Source of the DNA: Podarcis muralis
Taxonomy: Eukaryota
DNA: 64,000 nucleotides
NCBI RefSeq assembly: GCF_964188315.1
Contig: NC_135658.1
Location: 41,850,001 to 41,914,000, forward strand
Direction of reading: 5' to 3'
Part shown: piece after piece, positions 61,702-64,000 of the stretch
How the letters are laid out: each line of letters opens with the position of its first letter
How positions within the stretch are numbered: position 1 is the stretch's first letter
Notes under the pieces: model-generated
Seen by the model: only the letters and a program-made list of their open reading frames with translations
The model's database searches: none
Told to the model about the DNA's origin: nothing
Made by a program: the position numbers and the translations under genes

Positions 61702-61747
61702 ATGGATGGAGTCTTACTAGGCTGGACTGCTTTGCTGTGGCTAACAG
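61702..61747 (+). CDS. ILDR2: ILDR2 coding exon 1 (signal peptide MDGVLLGWTALLWLT)
   Basis: Resembles mammalian ILDR2 MDRVLLRWISLFWLT; 46 nt, CAG|GTAAGG donor; head-to-head with MAEL as in mammals; rest of gene is outside the window. Confidence 0.88.
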
Positions 61748-64000
61748 GTAAGGGATTTCATGGGGATCAATAACTTTTTTGGATTCCCAAAGGAGTTGCC
61801 TGCCTTCTCTCCCTCTCTCTCCCCCCCCCCCCCCAGCTCTGTTTGTGTCGTGTTGCAGCAGGTTTCAAGCTTGTTCAGCAAGTGGGAGGCACGGAAGGGA
61901 GGGGGTTAGAAATGTCGAACAAATAGTAAACAGCATGTTTGATTGAGGTGCCCGTTATCGGTGTTGCAGGCACTAAACTGCTCCACACCCCCGCAGCGTA
62001 TCTCTTTCTAAAGGGGGGAAATGATATTTACTTCACCCCCCCGCCCCCACTTTCCCTCCCAAATCTCTTTCGTCCTGATCTGATTCAGAAGCAGGCGAGC
62101 TCAGCCTGGGTGTGGGTTTTTAGCGTGGCTGTCTTTTCCCCCAGGGTGCCACCCCTGGATTTCTTTGGAGTTAGTTGGATGTGGGGGAAAACATCTTTCG
62201 GAAATGTATTGGGGCATCGGAATTGGCAAGGTACGCTGCAGGTTTTTGTGGGCTCCCAGGCAAAGCTCTCTGCTTGCAGATGACCTGCACAGACAGATTG
62301 ATAATTAAGGCAGAGTCATTATTACAGTACTCTCTTCGGTTCTGAATCACTAACTCTGATTAATGTCCCAATTTCACTCATACACATGCATTATTTTTTA
62401 ATTTTTTTTGAGGGGGTGTTCTTCTCTTTTTTCCATAGATTCTAAGTCTATTGACAGGGTTAAACGGGCAGCTTTCCCATCAAGCGATAGAAATCTCTTC
62501 TCTGGCTACATGTGCCAAACATGCCCCCAGGACCACTTCTGCAACTGGGTGTGTGTGTAGAAAAACATCCAAATGTCACCATCCAAGCAACCCTCAGCTT
62601 ATGAAGCTCATTTTTCTAGCTCCCAGGGTCCCAGGCCACCATTTCCCCCAGCAGAGTTGCTTGCAGAGAATTTGTTCAACTGAGGTTTCTAGTCCAGGGA
62701 GCTATGTGGCTATCCTCCCCTTGAGCTTGCTAATATCACCCACCCCACAAGCTTGCTACCCACCCTGGTCTCAATCCTAAACGTGCCCTATGTAGAAGAG
62801 TTTTCTGTTTCTTCCTTTCCAGCATATCTGCCTGCTGTACTGAAAAACAGAGCCCAAATCCTTCATCTCCATCATTTGGGGCCTGAAGTTTGCTGGTTTA
62901 CTAACCGTTCTGGGCTCACTTCCACACCTTGCCTTTCCTGAGCCACTGCAGCTCATTAACCCAGCCATCCCATTTCTGGATTGCTGCAACGTAAGCATGC
63001 CAGCTGGAGCCAAAGAGGCCTTGCTTGAGTTTTCAGACCACAAGGATAGCCTGCACCAAGGGATACCAAGAATTGGGACACTAAAGCAAGCACTGAGTAG
63101 CTCACTAGTCACCAGGGATCCTGTCCCTGGCATTGCACAGCACAGCATAGCACAGCACATGCATGAACTAGGCTGGCTGGAGTCAGGATGCTGTTTTTGC
63201 TTCCTGCAAAAATCAGGCAGAAGTTATGGGTGATGATGGGGCTGTCTGTGTGTTGACCAGCAGGTTATGGTGGTGGCACTCATGTGGGTCCTTAAGCCTC
63301 TCTTTGGTCACAAGGAAATGCCCAGTTTTGCTGACTGTTAATGCCCATCATGTCTGTTGAAATTTTGGGAGAACAGGCCAGCCCCAGAGATTGTGTATGT
63401 GCGTGCTGAGGTCTAGCCTAAGTGAAAAGGCTAAGATGACGTTTTGCCAATGGAAAACACAGATTGTATTGGTTGGATTAGCAGTTCTGCTTGCTCAGGG
63501 GAAAAGAGTGTCATTTCCTCTTTCTTCATGGAAAAGTAGTTGCTTACTTTGGTCAGTAGAACTTCCTCAGAAAAAAAGAATTCATTGCTGCTATTTCCTG
63601 TAAGGTTATTTTGGCAGCAGCTAGCTTTGCTTCTCGCATATCTCTTTCTCCAGGTTGTTTTCTGTGGAAAATTATTGCATTCAAAGCAGTGTGCAGAGAC
63701 TTCCATATTTATGGTTACCTACAGTAAAATAGATACTTGCATAATTTTCACACATGACGGTGTATGCAAACATACACAGTTGTTTTCCTTCATCCATGCA
63801 GAAATGGTGCCCTGTATGAAGATGCCCTCAGGTAATCCTCTGCTAATGTATGAATGGGGAGAGGGGAGGGAAATCCCAGGAATATGTGTCAGATGAGTAT
63901 TTCTATGAGTGTCATCAGTTCACTTTTACAAGATACTGAGGAGGATGTTGCCTTGGTGCTAAGCTACAGAAGATTCTAGGAATTGCTGCTTTGCAGTATT

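Noticed and set aside
1-64000. CRISPR arrays, rRNA genes, prokaryotic operons
   Set aside because: Eukaryotic intron-exon DNA; the repeats are dispersed transposons or microsatellites, not repeat-spacer arrays

Overview
Vertebrate genomic DNA from a squamate. The Sauria SINE, RTE-BovB and MITE content suggests a lacertid lizard (inference). The window holds the conserved GPA33-MAEL-ILDR2 block. GPA33 is on + (7 coding exons, 2521-29906, 318 aa). MAEL is on - (12 coding exons, 51982-37083, 408 aa). The first coding exon of ILDR2 is on + (61702-61747). All exons were rebuilt by hand with GT-AG sites and continuous phase. Introns are dense in transposons: L1, L2, RTE and BovB fragments, 3 Sauria SINEs, a Squam3-like SINE, hAT and Tc1/pogo MITEs, and a Penelope-like fragment with a hammerhead ribozyme core. 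The most unusual object is a very young Ty3/Gypsy chromovirus in GPA33 intron 4 (16965-22091; 408-bp LTRs differing at 2 sites; CACCT TSD). It has a Tf1/sushi-type self-priming site instead of a tRNA PBS, and a frameshift pseudoknot preceded by a degenerate slippery site. Its pol is broken by a 14-bp duplication and lacks the integrase HHCC domain. The integrase frame runs 100 codons into the 3' LTR. After the chromodomain it carries two tandem helix-acidic-(F/L)xGF motifs resembling the TND/LEDGF-IBD-interacting motif of host chromatin proteins, a candidate integration-targeting mimicry system (hypothesis, untested). No rRNA, true tRNA or CRISPR features.
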